Shown: piece by piece, positions 8,580 to 16,544 of the stretch
How positions within the stretch are numbered: position 1 is the stretch's first letter
How the letters are laid out: each line of letters begins with the position of its first letter
NCBI GenBank assembly: GCA_016699265.1
Contig: CP064967.1
Span: 300,001-332,000 of the forward strand
Origin: Candidatus Saccharimonadota bacterium
GTDB taxonomy: Bacteria > Patescibacteriota > Microgenomatia > UBA1406 > GWC2-37-13
Direction of reading: 5' to 3'
DNA: 32,000 bases
Translations under genes and position numbers: made by a program
The notes under the pieces: model-generated
Database searches by the model: none
What the model saw: the letters and a program-made list of their open reading frames with translations, nothing else
Told to the model about the DNA's origin: nothing

Positions 8580-9230
8580 TTACGCGTGCGGAGCATGTGG
8601 GTGTAGGGCTTCATGGAAGTGGTGTCTTGCGAGTTGCTTGGCGTATTGATGTACATGATGAGTTGTTATCGGAACTGGCTGAAGAATTACTCCTTCGGGC
8701 TTTTTGCCCTCATGAAGAACGGAACGGTGAACGTCTTGTGGAAACATTACAACAACCTCAGCTCCATGAAAAATTTCTGGATGACGATGTCGAAGATTAT
8801 TTACAAGTCCGACTTTTCTTTGCATATATTTAACTAGCTCATTGTCTTTCCCTTGAGCTGAGTACTCTAATATTTTTTTTACTTTGCCATCTTTACCAAA
8901 AAGCAGACCGTCAGGAACGTACGCCTGAGCGAGAGTAACCTGCAGCCGTATTTGTCTCAACGACATTTCGGGATAGAGTAAGGAAAAGTAGTCAATTGTT
9001 TCTTGGGGACTCAGGAGACGATCATGTGATGAAACGTTTGGTAGCAAGCCAACAAAAGCAAGCTCTTCAAACAGACATCCGGTAAAGCTTTCCATGAAAT
9101 CGCGAGCAGAGTCCGGAGTATAGGTTTGGAGTAGACCTTGTACACGATCGATAAACGGTAAGAAATATGGAGAGCTTTCGAAAGGATTAATAAATCCTGG
9201 TAGTTGATCGATTCTCTCTCCTTCTTTCAT
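8580..9230 (-). CDS. hypothetical protein (216 aa), His-rich C-terminus
   Basis: Intact ORF with TATAAT at 9245-9250, 14 nt upstream. C-terminus HHVHQYAKQLARHHFHEALHPHAPHA. No family recognised. Confidence 0.55.
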   Translation of the reverse strand: MKEGERIDQLPGFINPFESSPYFLPFIDRVQGLLQTYTPDSARDFMESFTGCLFEELAFVGLLPNVSSHDRLLSPQETIDYFSLLYPEMSLRQIRLQVTLAQAYVPDGLLFGKDGKVKKILEYSAQGKDNELVKYMQRKVGLVNNLRHRHPEIFHGAEVVVMFPQDVHRSVLHEGKKPEGVILQPVPITTHHVHQYAKQLARHHFHEALHPHAPHA

Positions 9231-9303
9231 TAATGTTTGTGTGCATTATAGGAGTAGTAGAAAATATAATGCAAGTGGACAATTTCAAGCGACGAGTCGA
9301 AGG

Positions 9304-9322
9304 GTCGGGGTGCCGGGAATTG
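9304..9322 (-). repeat. degenerate copy of the 3' end (T-arm/acceptor) of tRNA-Pro
   Basis: gtcggggtgCCgggaattg (9304-9322) versus gtcggggtgGTgggaattg (9383-9401): 17/19 identical, offset 79 nt, same orientation. Confidence 0.6.
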
Positions 9323-9383
9323 TCCCGATGATAGTTTTCATACGGGATCCCGCACGAATGAAATTCGTCGGGAAACCCTTGAG

Positions 9384-9455
9384 TCGGGGTGGTGGGAATT
9401 GAACCCACTGCCACTCGGTCCCGAACCGAGCATTCTACCGATGAACTACACCCCG
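9384..9455 (-). tRNA. tRNA-Pro (anticodon CGG)
   Basis: Hand-folded cloverleaf: acceptor CGGGGTG/CACCCCG (C1:G72, typical of bacterial tRNA-Pro), anticodon loop TTCGGGA, T-arm GTGGG-TTCAATT-CCCAC, discriminator A. CCA not encoded. Confidence 0.9.
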
Positions 9456-9525
9456 TGAATGGCTATATTTTACTTTATAGTTTGATTAAGAGCCACGGAT
9501 GTTGTATAATGGCGTCTTAATTAAT

Positions 9526-9798
9526 ATGATAAAAGCTGAAACTATTTTAAGAGGTTTGGCCGCAGTAACGGCAAGTGTGGTCGTGGGATCTGCCGTCGCA
9601 CCTGAGGGCACAACGGAGGTTTTGGAGGGAGTTGTCCATACGGTTGTGGATAGAACGCACGATATGACCGACTGGCTTGTTGATCTACCAAGCAAATTAA
9701 GTGGAGCTGAAAATGGTTCTGAGGGTGGAATGCGATCTCCTAGTGCTCCAACGTTGAACACTATCTACGTTCGTCCAGGATTGAGTCAAACCGCTTAA
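9526..9798 (+). CDS. small hypothetical protein with N-terminal hydrophobic segment
   Basis: MIKAETILRGLAAVTASVVVGSAVA...; TATAAT at 9505-9510. The region is visibly more GC-rich and is open on both strands, so coding status and strand are uncertain. Confidence 0.3.
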   Translation: MIKAETILRGLAAVTASVVVGSAVAPEGTTEVLEGVVHTVVDRTHDMTDWLVDLPSKLSGAENGSEGGMRSPSAPTLNTIYVRPGLSQTA

Positions 9799-9834
9799 TG
9801 CATTCCGAGTCTGACTCGGCTACGTTAACATTGC

Positions 9835-10365
9835 TCAGTGCTTGCCACTACCGCGCATTTCAGCATAATTCTCAGAAATTGCGTTTGAAGTTCTCTTTTT
9901 CTTTTTTGCGAAGAGGCCTCCTCTCGCCTCTTTTCCTTGTGGAGCGTCTGAGTTTTGTCTGGCGGCTAATCTTCTTTTTATATCTTCTTGCTTTTGCTGC
10001 TCTTCAGTTTCTTTTTCTTGTTGTTCCGCTTGTGCTTCACGTTTAATAGCTTTATCCTCATCTCCTTTTACTCTATAAAACAAACGACTCCTGAGTTCTC
10101 TCAGTTTTTTTTGGTCATCCGTCTCCTTTACCTGACTTAACGTAGCAACATCATGTTCGCCCTTTACTTTTTCAACGTTAAGAGGAGTATGATCTGTTGA
10201 AGGTTGTTTTTCAGTTGATCCCACTGACTCGATCTGCGGAGTTGCCGAGGCGTTAAGTGCCTCTAGAGGATTGAAGGTTCTCAGGGTATCTGTCACCGCT
10301 CTCTTGGGAATTTCCCCCAGTGTCTCAAGCGTATCCATAACTCTTGATATTTTTTGTTTTTTCAT
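9835..10365 (-). CDS. hypothetical highly charged (E/K/Q-rich) protein
   Basis: I prefer the ATG at 10365 (MKKQKISRV...) because the longer start would overlap the upstream gene. Low-complexity EQQEKETEEQQKQED region. Confidence 0.5.
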   Translation of the reverse strand: MKKQKISRVMDTLETLGEIPKRAVTDTLRTFNPLEALNASATPQIESVGSTEKQPSTDHTPLNVEKVKGEHDVATLSQVKETDDQKKLRELRSRLFYRVKGDEDKAIKREAQAEQQEKETEEQQKQEDIKRRLAARQNSDAPQGKEARGGLFAKKKKRTSNAISENYAEMRGSGKH

Positions 10366-10373
10366 ACCGTTAA

Positions 10374-10685
10374 TTAGATAATACCCAACTTTGCCTTTGC
10401 TTTCTCGGACATCTTTTCCATGGTCCATGGAGGATCGAAGGTGAGCATAATCTTAACATTGGAAAGACCGATCGTATGAAGCTTATTATATATCTCCTGC
10501 TCTATAAGGGAATAAAGCGGGCAGCCGATTGTTGTTAGCGTCATCGTAATAACTACCACACCTTTATTTACCTCAACCTTGTAAACAAGACCAAGGTCTA
10601 CGATAGAGATATTGAGCTCTGGGTCGTTTACTTCTTTAAGTTTCTTCATTATTACTGGTTTAGTTGGAATTGTTTTTTTCGGCAT
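10374..10685 (-). CDS. DUF59/MIP18-family Fe-S assembly protein (SufT/PaaD-like)
   Basis: LKEVNDPELNISIVDLGLVY...TLTTIGCPL is the DUF59 signature. Confidence 0.8.
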   Translation of the reverse strand: MPKKTIPTKPVIMKKLKEVNDPELNISIVDLGLVYKVEVNKGVVVITMTLTTIGCPLYSLIEQEIYNKLHTIGLSNVKIMLTFDPPWTMEKMSEKAKAKLGII

Positions 10686-10690
10686 GCTAT

Positions 10691-10696
10691 ATTATA
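10691..10696 (-). promoter_or_regulatory. -10 box TATAAT, 5 nt before ATG at 10685
   Basis: Minus strand reads CTGCTATAAT-ATAGC-ATG. Confidence 0.5.
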
Positions 10697-10709
10697 GCAG
10701 TGAGGGTTG

Positions 10710-10718
10710 TGATAAAAT
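10710..10718 (+). promoter_or_regulatory. extended -10 TGaTAAAAT, 6 nt before rnj ATG
   Basis: Plus strand reads TGATAAAAT-AATTTC-ATG. Confidence 0.5.
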
Positions 10719-10724
10719 AATTTC

Positions 10725-12446
10725 ATGGATTCGGCAAACTCACCACAAGTGTCTTCAACTAACTCACCTCGAATGGACTCTACATACAAACTTCGATTCG
10801 TTTCTTTAGGTGGCATCATAGGCGTTACAAAAAACATGTATCTGTACGAGCTCTATAGAGGCGAGGAGCTGCAAGACATAGTGATAGTTGACTGTGGTAT
10901 TGGATTTCCACAGGATAAGGCTCTTGGAGTAGACTTCGTAATTCCAGACATTTCATACCTGAAAGATAAGTTGGGAAAAATTAGAGCGATTTTATTGAGT
11001 CATGGTCATGAGGATCATATCTCTGCTCTACCCTACTACTATACCGACTTAGGCGAACCCCCAATGTACGCGAGCAAATTAACCTCAGCCTTTATCAAAA
11101 ATAAATTTAAGGAAACTGGTCAGGAACCAAAAATTAATTTGGTTGATTTTGACCAAAGGTATAAATTTGGAGGCATTACAGCAGAGTTTGTAAGAATGAC
11201 TCACTCAATTCCAGACACGACACATATTCTTCTTCGAACACCAGCGGGAAATATTTATCATGGAAGCGATTTTAAACTTGATCTAACTCCACCATATGGT
11301 TCACCGCCTGATTTTTACAAAATAACTCAGTTTGGACATGAGGGCGCGATGTGCTTGATGTCCGACTGTCTTGGAAGTGATCGAGAGGGGCTTACACTGT
11401 CTGAAAATATAGTTGGACAGACTTTTGAGGATCAGATGAGAAAGACGAAGGGTAAGTTCATCATGAGTACCTTCTCCTCAAACATCTCAAGAATCAGGCA
11501 GTGCGTAGAAGCGGCCAAAAAATTCAATCGAAAGGTTGCTTTTATGGGGCGTTCAATGCGTGATAACACCGCTATGGCCGCAGAGATCGGATATCTTCCA
11601 GAGCTAAGAGATCTACTTATTAAAGATGATCAGGTAATGAGATTAGCTCCTAATAAAGTCTGTTTAATAGTTGCAGGGTCACAAGGACAGTACAACTCGG
11701 CTCTTGCAAAGCTCGCATCAAAACAACACAAATTTATACAGGTTAAGCCAGGAGATGCGGTGGTTTTCTCGTCAGATCCAATTCCAGGAAATGAGAATGA
11801 AGTCTATGGAATAATTGAAGACTTGGTTTTGCTTGGAGCAGACGTCATTTATCCAGACGTACAGGAGCAGTTGCATGCTTCAGGACACGGTAATCAGGAA
11901 GACATTAAGTTTCTTGCGAGATTTGTTGATCCTAAGTATTTCATCCCAATTGGGGGTACGATCAGACATCAGAGAGGGTATCAAAATCTTATCTCCGATA
12001 TGGGCTATAAAAAAGAAAACATCCTTCTACTAGATGAGGGTGACACTGTAATTTTTGAAAAAGGTATCGCGAGAAAAGGACAAAATATCCCAACAAAAAC
12101 AATCTATGTAGATGCCTACGGAGTCGGAGATGTTGGAAGTGTCATACTGCGAGATAGACAGATAATCTCAACGGATGGCATGGTAGTTGCACTGGTTCTT
12201 TTGGATAAGAATAATCAGCTTCTTACAAAGCCAAGCATTATTAGTCGTGGATTCGTTTTCGAAAAACGTGAAGAGCAATTAATGAATGAAGCCACAACAA
12301 TGATAGAAGCTGTACTTAAATCAAAGGAAGGTCTGTCTCCAAGCTCGAGCAATCTTAAAAAAGAGATTGCGGACAAGCTTGAGCAATTGTTTTTAGAGTC
12401 AAAAGGTCGTAAGCCACTCGTTGTTGTGGAAGTTATACAGGTTTAA
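10725..12446 (+). CDS. rnj: ribonuclease J (metallo-beta-lactamase/beta-CASP)
   Basis: HGHEDH motif (LLSHGHEDHISALPY); 573 aa with RNase J-like layout. Confidence 0.9.
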   Translation: MDSANSPQVSSTNSPRMDSTYKLRFVSLGGIIGVTKNMYLYELYRGEELQDIVIVDCGIGFPQDKALGVDFVIPDISYLKDKLGKIRAILLSHGHEDHISALPYYYTDLGEPPMYASKLTSAFIKNKFKETGQEPKINLVDFDQRYKFGGITAEFVRMTHSIPDTTHILLRTPAGNIYHGSDFKLDLTPPYGSPPDFYKITQFGHEGAMCLMSDCLGSDREGLTLSENIVGQTFEDQMRKTKGKFIMSTFSSNISRIRQCVEAAKKFNRKVAFMGRSMRDNTAMAAEIGYLPELRDLLIKDDQVMRLAPNKVCLIVAGSQGQYNSALAKLASKQHKFIQVKPGDAVVFSSDPIPGNENEVYGIIEDLVLLGADVIYPDVQEQLHASGHGNQEDIKFLARFVDPKYFIPIGGTIRHQRGYQNLISDMGYKKENILLLDEGDTVIFEKGIARKGQNIPTKTIYVDAYGVGDVGSVILRDRQIISTDGMVVALVLLDKNNQLLTKPSIISRGFVFEKREEQLMNEATTMIEAVLKSKEGLSPSSSNLKKEIADKLEQLFLESKGRKPLVVVEVIQV

Positions 12447-12571
12447 AAGTTACGAAGGTTGAAGGTTGGAAGGTTTGTTTGAGGGTTGTGTGAGTTATCC
12501 AGTTAACGGGTTAACAAATTAACAAACTTTTTAAACCTTTTAACTTTCCAAACCAGTAAACTTAAAAAATT

Positions 12572-13201
12572 ATGGCCGGTCTACCATCTAATCTCAAACA
12601 TATTGCATACTTTCTTCAGAGACTCCCAGGTATTGGCGAGAAGACAGCAAATCGATTGGCCTTCTATTTTTTACGTCTTCCGCAACAGGAGCTAAAAGAG
12701 TTGAGCGAAAATATTCTTCAGTTGAAGGAAAAGACTAAACTCTGCGTTGATTGCAAGAACCTTACGGAGTTTGATCGCTGTTCAATCTGTGAAAATCCCC
12801 AGCGTGATAAAACTCAGATCACTGTAGTTGAGGACGTTCTCGATCTTCTTTCTTTTGAGACTGGAAATATTTACAACGGAGTTTATCATGTACTCCACGG
12901 TAAGATTGATCCTTTAAATAACATTGGTCCGGACGATCTACACATTGATACACTTTTTGAGCGGGTAAAAGGAGTAGATATTACCGAGGTAGTTCTAGCG
13001 ACCAACCTTGATATGGAGGGTGAGGCGACCTCAATGTATATTAAAGAAAAACTTAAGCTCGAGAATGCTAAACGGAAGACGCTCAAGCACAAAGAATTTA
13101 AAGTAACGCGGTTGGCTTACGGCCTACCAATGGGATCAAATCTTGAGTACGCAGACTACATGACCCTCAAACGCGCCCTTGAAGGACGAAACGAATATTG
13201 A
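12572..13201 (+). CDS. recR: recombination protein RecR
   Basis: HhH N-terminus (LPGIGEKTANRLAFYFL), C4 zinc finger (CVDCKN...CSICEN), Toprim region. Confidence 0.9.
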   Translation: MAGLPSNLKHIAYFLQRLPGIGEKTANRLAFYFLRLPQQELKELSENILQLKEKTKLCVDCKNLTEFDRCSICENPQRDKTQITVVEDVLDLLSFETGNIYNGVYHVLHGKIDPLNNIGPDDLHIDTLFERVKGVDITEVVLATNLDMEGEATSMYIKEKLKLENAKRKTLKHKEFKVTRLAYGLPMGSNLEYADYMTLKRALEGRNEY

Positions 13202-13329
13202 TTCGAATCAAGAAGCAAGTATCAAGTATTCGGTATAACGTATTTAGTATTAGGAAAAGAAGTTAATCAGCTTATGAGGTTTCTTCGTTTTTTTCCTATG
13301 TTTGAAAAACCTCAGAAACCAAATTGGTA

Positions 13330-13578
13330 TCAACTCTTCCTTGTGAGAAATTGCGCTTTATCATCTTTACTGTCTGCTACCTTTCCGCTAATAAATGCCG
13401 CTACAGGTGATGCACCAGTAGCTAGCGTAGAAATAATATATAGACCAAGATTGCCAACAACATAAGAGCCAATAGAAGCGGCAGTGCTTAAAGCGAATAA
13501 CCCTAAAAACAAGTGTGCCCTCTTTTCATTGCAGTTTGCTTCGTAAGTTAGTCTCTCGGGATTTTTTTCTTTTGGCAT
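13330..13578 (-). CDS. small membrane protein (82 aa), hypothetical
   Basis: Two hydrophobic segments; TAGAAT ends 6 nt before its ATG. Confidence 0.5.
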   Translation of the reverse strand: MPKEKNPERLTYEANCNEKRAHLFLGLFALSTAASIGSYVVGNLGLYIISTLATGASPVAAFISGKVADSKDDKAQFLTRKS

Positions 13579-13584
13579 GGAGCG

Positions 13585-13590
13585 ATTCTA
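13585..13590 (-). promoter_or_regulatory. -10 box TAGAAT, 6 nt before ATG at 13578
   Basis: Minus strand reads CTTATAGAAT-CGCTCC-ATG. Confidence 0.45.
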
Positions 13591-13604
13591 TAAGATCGAC
13601 GCTT

Positions 13605-14522
13605 TTATTTCAAGGCTTTGGCGATGACGGAGGCGATGGAGACCTCGCGTAGCTTAGGGAAGTTTTGAGCTGGCTTCAGCGGAATTGTGTTGGTGGTGTA
13701 GAATGCGGTCAGATTTGAGTTCTGAATTCTTCCTGGTGCGTGAACAGAAAAATCATGGTGCGTGATTGCGGCGTATACTTCCTTTGCTCCCCTATCAAGA
13801 CAGAGTTCGGCAGCATGAAGAAGAGTTCCCCCTGAGGTTACAATATCGTCAATTAAGATAGCGGTTTTACCTTTTACGTCTCCGAAGATATCAAGCGCCG
13901 TGCTTTGATGTTTATGATCTTGGTCGCGTTTTTTCTCGATTATGACCAAGTCAAAGTCCTCAGATCCAAACAACGCTTTTCCGAACGTTCGCGCTCTCTC
14001 AATGCCTCCCTGATCAGGCGAAACTACTGCGATTGTTTCTTTGGAAATGTCTTTGTGGTCTTTTCTAATTTGTTCAGCCATTGCGGTAAGACCGGTGAGG
14101 TGCACGAACGGCACTGAAAAAACACCCATCAACCCCTCGTCATGAAGGTCAAATGTAACGACGCGACTGAAGCCAACATGTTCCAACATATCAATGACAA
14201 CATGTGCAGAAACTGCCTCACCCTTTCTATGTTGGATGTTTTGTCTAGCGTATCCGAAGTATGGAATAATTGCGGTTATGTCTTTTGCCCCTTCTCTTTT
14301 AAGAGCATCGCAGAAAAAGAACAGCTGCATGAGGGAGTGGTTGGTTGGGTTAGAGGTAGGTTGAATAATAGCAACGGGTTTGTTCTCAACATTTTCTAAG
14401 ATCCGTACGCGTACCTCAGAGTTATCAAAGCGAATAATCTCTGTTTTACCAAGTTTTATTTTAAGTAGTTGAGCAACTTCTTTGGAGAGTTTGGGATGGG
14501 CAGTTCCTGAAAATAGGATCAT
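13605..14522 (-). CDS. prs: ribose-phosphate pyrophosphokinase
   Basis: 305 aa; PRPP-binding loop (ILIDDIVTSGGTL) and Prs-like N-terminal half. Confidence 0.95.
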   Translation of the reverse strand: MILFSGTAHPKLSKEVAQLLKIKLGKTEIIRFDNSEVRVRILENVENKPVAIIQPTSNPTNHSLMQLFFFCDALKREGAKDITAIIPYFGYARQNIQHRKGEAVSAHVVIDMLEHVGFSRVVTFDLHDEGLMGVFSVPFVHLTGLTAMAEQIRKDHKDISKETIAVVSPDQGGIERARTFGKALFGSEDFDLVIIEKKRDQDHKHQSTALDIFGDVKGKTAILIDDIVTSGGTLLHAAELCLDRGAKEVYAAITHHDFSVHAPGRIQNSNLTAFYTTNTIPLKPAQNFPKLREVSIASVIAKALK

Positions 14523-14651
14523 AAATTTCTAAGTGCTCTAATTATTCTAATTCCTGTCTGCCAACAGGCAGGTCTAAAAAAAACCAAACCCCATTTAAAT
14601 TTGATTATTGAGCGTTGTTTAGTTTAATTAGGAATTAGTAAATAGGTTAAT
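14523..14651. repeat. ~128-nt palindromic intergenic element, copy 2 (ybaB/prs spacer)
   Basis: Both ends are homologous to 1641-1767. This copy additionally carries the GC hairpin CCTGTCTG-ccaa-CAGGCAGG (14553-14572). Confidence 0.6.
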
Positions 14652-14906
14652 TTATTCCTTATCGTCTTGACTCATACTCATTAATGTTCGTGCAGCCTGT
14701 TCCTGAGTTTTTTTTACGGCCTCATTTATGGCATCGGTAATCCGGTTGTCTTTTTCTCCATCAACTTGGATCTCCTTAATCTTCTGATCGCCTCTCATCG
14801 TTACAGTAATTCCATTTTTTTCAATCGTAACTTCCTGCTTCTGAAGTTCTTGTTGCATTTTTTGGAGTTTATGGATGTCTCCAAGTCCTTTTAGTGGGTT
14901 AAACAT
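14652..14906 (-). CDS. ybaB: YbaB/EbfC nucleoid-associated protein
   Basis: MFNPLKGLGDIHKLQKMQQELQKQ... The ATG at 14906 overlaps the dnaX stop (ATGTTTAA). dnaX-ybaB synteny. Confidence 0.85.
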   Translation of the reverse strand: MFNPLKGLGDIHKLQKMQQELQKQEVTIEKNGITVTMRGDQKIKEIQVDGEKDNRITDAINEAVKKTQEQAARTLMSMSQDDKE

Positions 14907-15878
14907 GAGTATTATTATAGAACTCTGAAATTGCAATCTCAAGGGGTAATGCTTCTATTGGTGAGTACTGAATGGTTCTATGCGCCTCAGTCAATAGCTT
15001 TATCAGATTCGTAATCTGAGATATAGTTAGCTCAGATTTTATTGGTTCGGAGTCTGGTTTTATTCCATGCTTGGAAAGCATCAAAGAATGGAGATCCTTC
15101 AAGGAAGCTTCTATAAGATGTTTTATATTGCCACCCTCATTTGAAAAACGTTGAATCCATGCCAGTGTCTGTGGAAGTTGTGATGTCTGAATAACATCGA
15201 TAAGATTCTTAGTACTAAACAGCCCTAAATATTCCCTAGCCTCTTGACGACCAGTTTTTTTTGAATGACAAGATCCTCAAACAATTTTGCGGCGTCTCGG
15301 AAGGAATAATCCGCGTTTTGTGCGACTAGTGCAAGTAGGTCTTTATCAACGCTCATTTTTTCGTGCTTCGCAATTCGCTCAAGCATCGTAATGATATCTT
15401 CCTGTTTAGCTCTTCCGAAGTTCACAATGGAACATCTTGAAATGATGGTTTTAGGCACCTTTTCGAGATTAGTAGTGGCAAGAATAAATATTGCGGTTGC
15501 TGGTGGTTCTTCGAGAGTCTTCAAGAGGGCATTGTAAGCTTCGTTCGTAATCATGTGCGCCTCGTCGATAATAAAGATGCGGTAGGCGCTAGACATTGGC
15601 AAATAGGAGGCTTCCTTTATAATGCTTTTTACCTCCTCAATGCCTCGATTGGAGGCCGCGTCCATCTCGACGATATCTGAGGAAAAATTCTCACCTTCCG
15701 ATTTATTGAGCGCTTTTGCTACGATGCGTGCAACGGAGGTTTTGCCGGTACCTTTTTGTCCGACAAAAAGAAAAGCATGGGGAACATTCTTTGTGGAAAG
15801 GAGTTTTGCGATTGTATCGCGAACATTCGAGTTATCTATCTCGTCTAGAGTTTGTGGTCGATACTTTAAATAAAACAT
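14899..15878 (-). CDS. dnaX: DNA polymerase III gamma/tau subunit, split by a frame change at an A8 run
   Basis: Walker A GQKGTGKTS, Walker B IIDEAHM, sensor SRC. The zero frame stops at 15225. A -1 shift at 15255-15262 reads ...VIQKKTGRQEAREYLGLFSTKNLIDVIQ... into the 14899..15102 ORF. Confidence 0.8.
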
Positions 15879-15973
15879 GAATGTAGTCTACCGTCTATAA
15901 AGTCAAAAGTCTATAAGGTCTGTAAGACAACATTATAACTGACTTTATGTACCTTACGGACTTTCGACTGAAT

Positions 15974-16321
15974 TTACTTCAGTAAATTCCTAACTCCATG
16001 TTCGACCAGTTCGGTCATAAGGTCATCAACTCGCTTATTTCTCTCAGCGGCAAGAAGAATTGCCTGAGGGTAACAGATAAAGACCTCACCAATAAACTCC
16101 TTCTCTGGATTCGAGTTGTCTCGAATGGGAAAGGAAAGCACGGGAAGCGCAACATCCTCATGTTTATAAGTAGAGCTTATCGACTTCATCTTGGTTTTCC
16201 CTATAAAAACAAGATTCAGATGTTTTGATGATGCGGTATTTTCCAACAAAACACGCTCGACCGTACCTTTGAGTCGAGTTCTGTTGATGCGATATCTCGA
16301 TGACGTAATTATGTTTACCAT
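15974..16321 (-). CDS. ybeY: YbeY-like rRNA maturation endoribonuclease with truncated metal motif
   Basis: Central region is YbeY-like (VLSFP...GEVFICYPQA...). The protein ends ...VEHGVRNLLK, keeping only the first His of the usual H-x3-H-x5-H motif. Confidence 0.65.
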   Translation of the reverse strand: MVNIITSSRYRINRTRLKGTVERVLLENTASSKHLNLVFIGKTKMKSISSTYKHEDVALPVLSFPIRDNSNPEKEFIGEVFICYPQAILLAAERNKRVDDLMTELVEHGVRNLLK

Positions 16322-16521
16322 TTAATCATTTTGAGAGGACGCTTTTTGCTGAATCTCTTTTTGAGTCGCTCTTTTTCATGCTCTTTCTTTTGTAAAGAAG
16401 GCTTCTTGTAATACTGTCTTTTTCGAACCTCTTCAACAACGTTTTCCTCAAAGAAAGTCTTTGAAAATTTGCGGAACATTGAGTCTTTTGTTTCTCCTTT
16501 TCGTTTTGATACTACTACCAT
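16315..16521 (-). CDS. rpsU: 30S ribosomal protein bS21
   Basis: MVVVSKRKGETKDSMFRKFSKTF...; basic C-terminus. ATG at 16521 preferred over the GTG at 16530. One of the few genes with an SD-like AAGGA upstream. Confidence 0.85.
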   Translation of the reverse strand: MVVVSKRKGETKDSMFRKFSKTFFEENVVEEVRKRQYYKKPSLQKKEHEKERLKKRFSKKRPLKMIKW

Positions 16522-16544
16522 ATTAAACACCGTCCTTTCAATGA

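Noticed and set aside
9300-9380. Three-way-junction fold that might be a hammerhead ribozyme or a small riboswitch.
   Set aside because: The hammerhead CUGAnGA/GAAA cores are not present on one strand. The nearest match is CGAUGA on plus, with GAAA on minus. No purine, preQ1, fluoride or guanidine core was recognised. A tRNA-derived duplication explains part of the sequence.
9187-9414. 75-aa minus-strand ORF from the track.
   Set aside because: It runs through the 3' part of tRNA-Pro and the structured spacer and overlaps the start of 8580..9230. It has no promoter or start context.
9486-9761. 91-aa minus-strand ORF opposite 9499..9798.
   Set aside because: The locally GC-rich stretch is open on both strands. 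The plus-strand frame has a promoter-like TATAAT and a hydrophobic N-terminus, so it is kept at low confidence. The minus ORF would collide with the tRNA-Pro promoter region.
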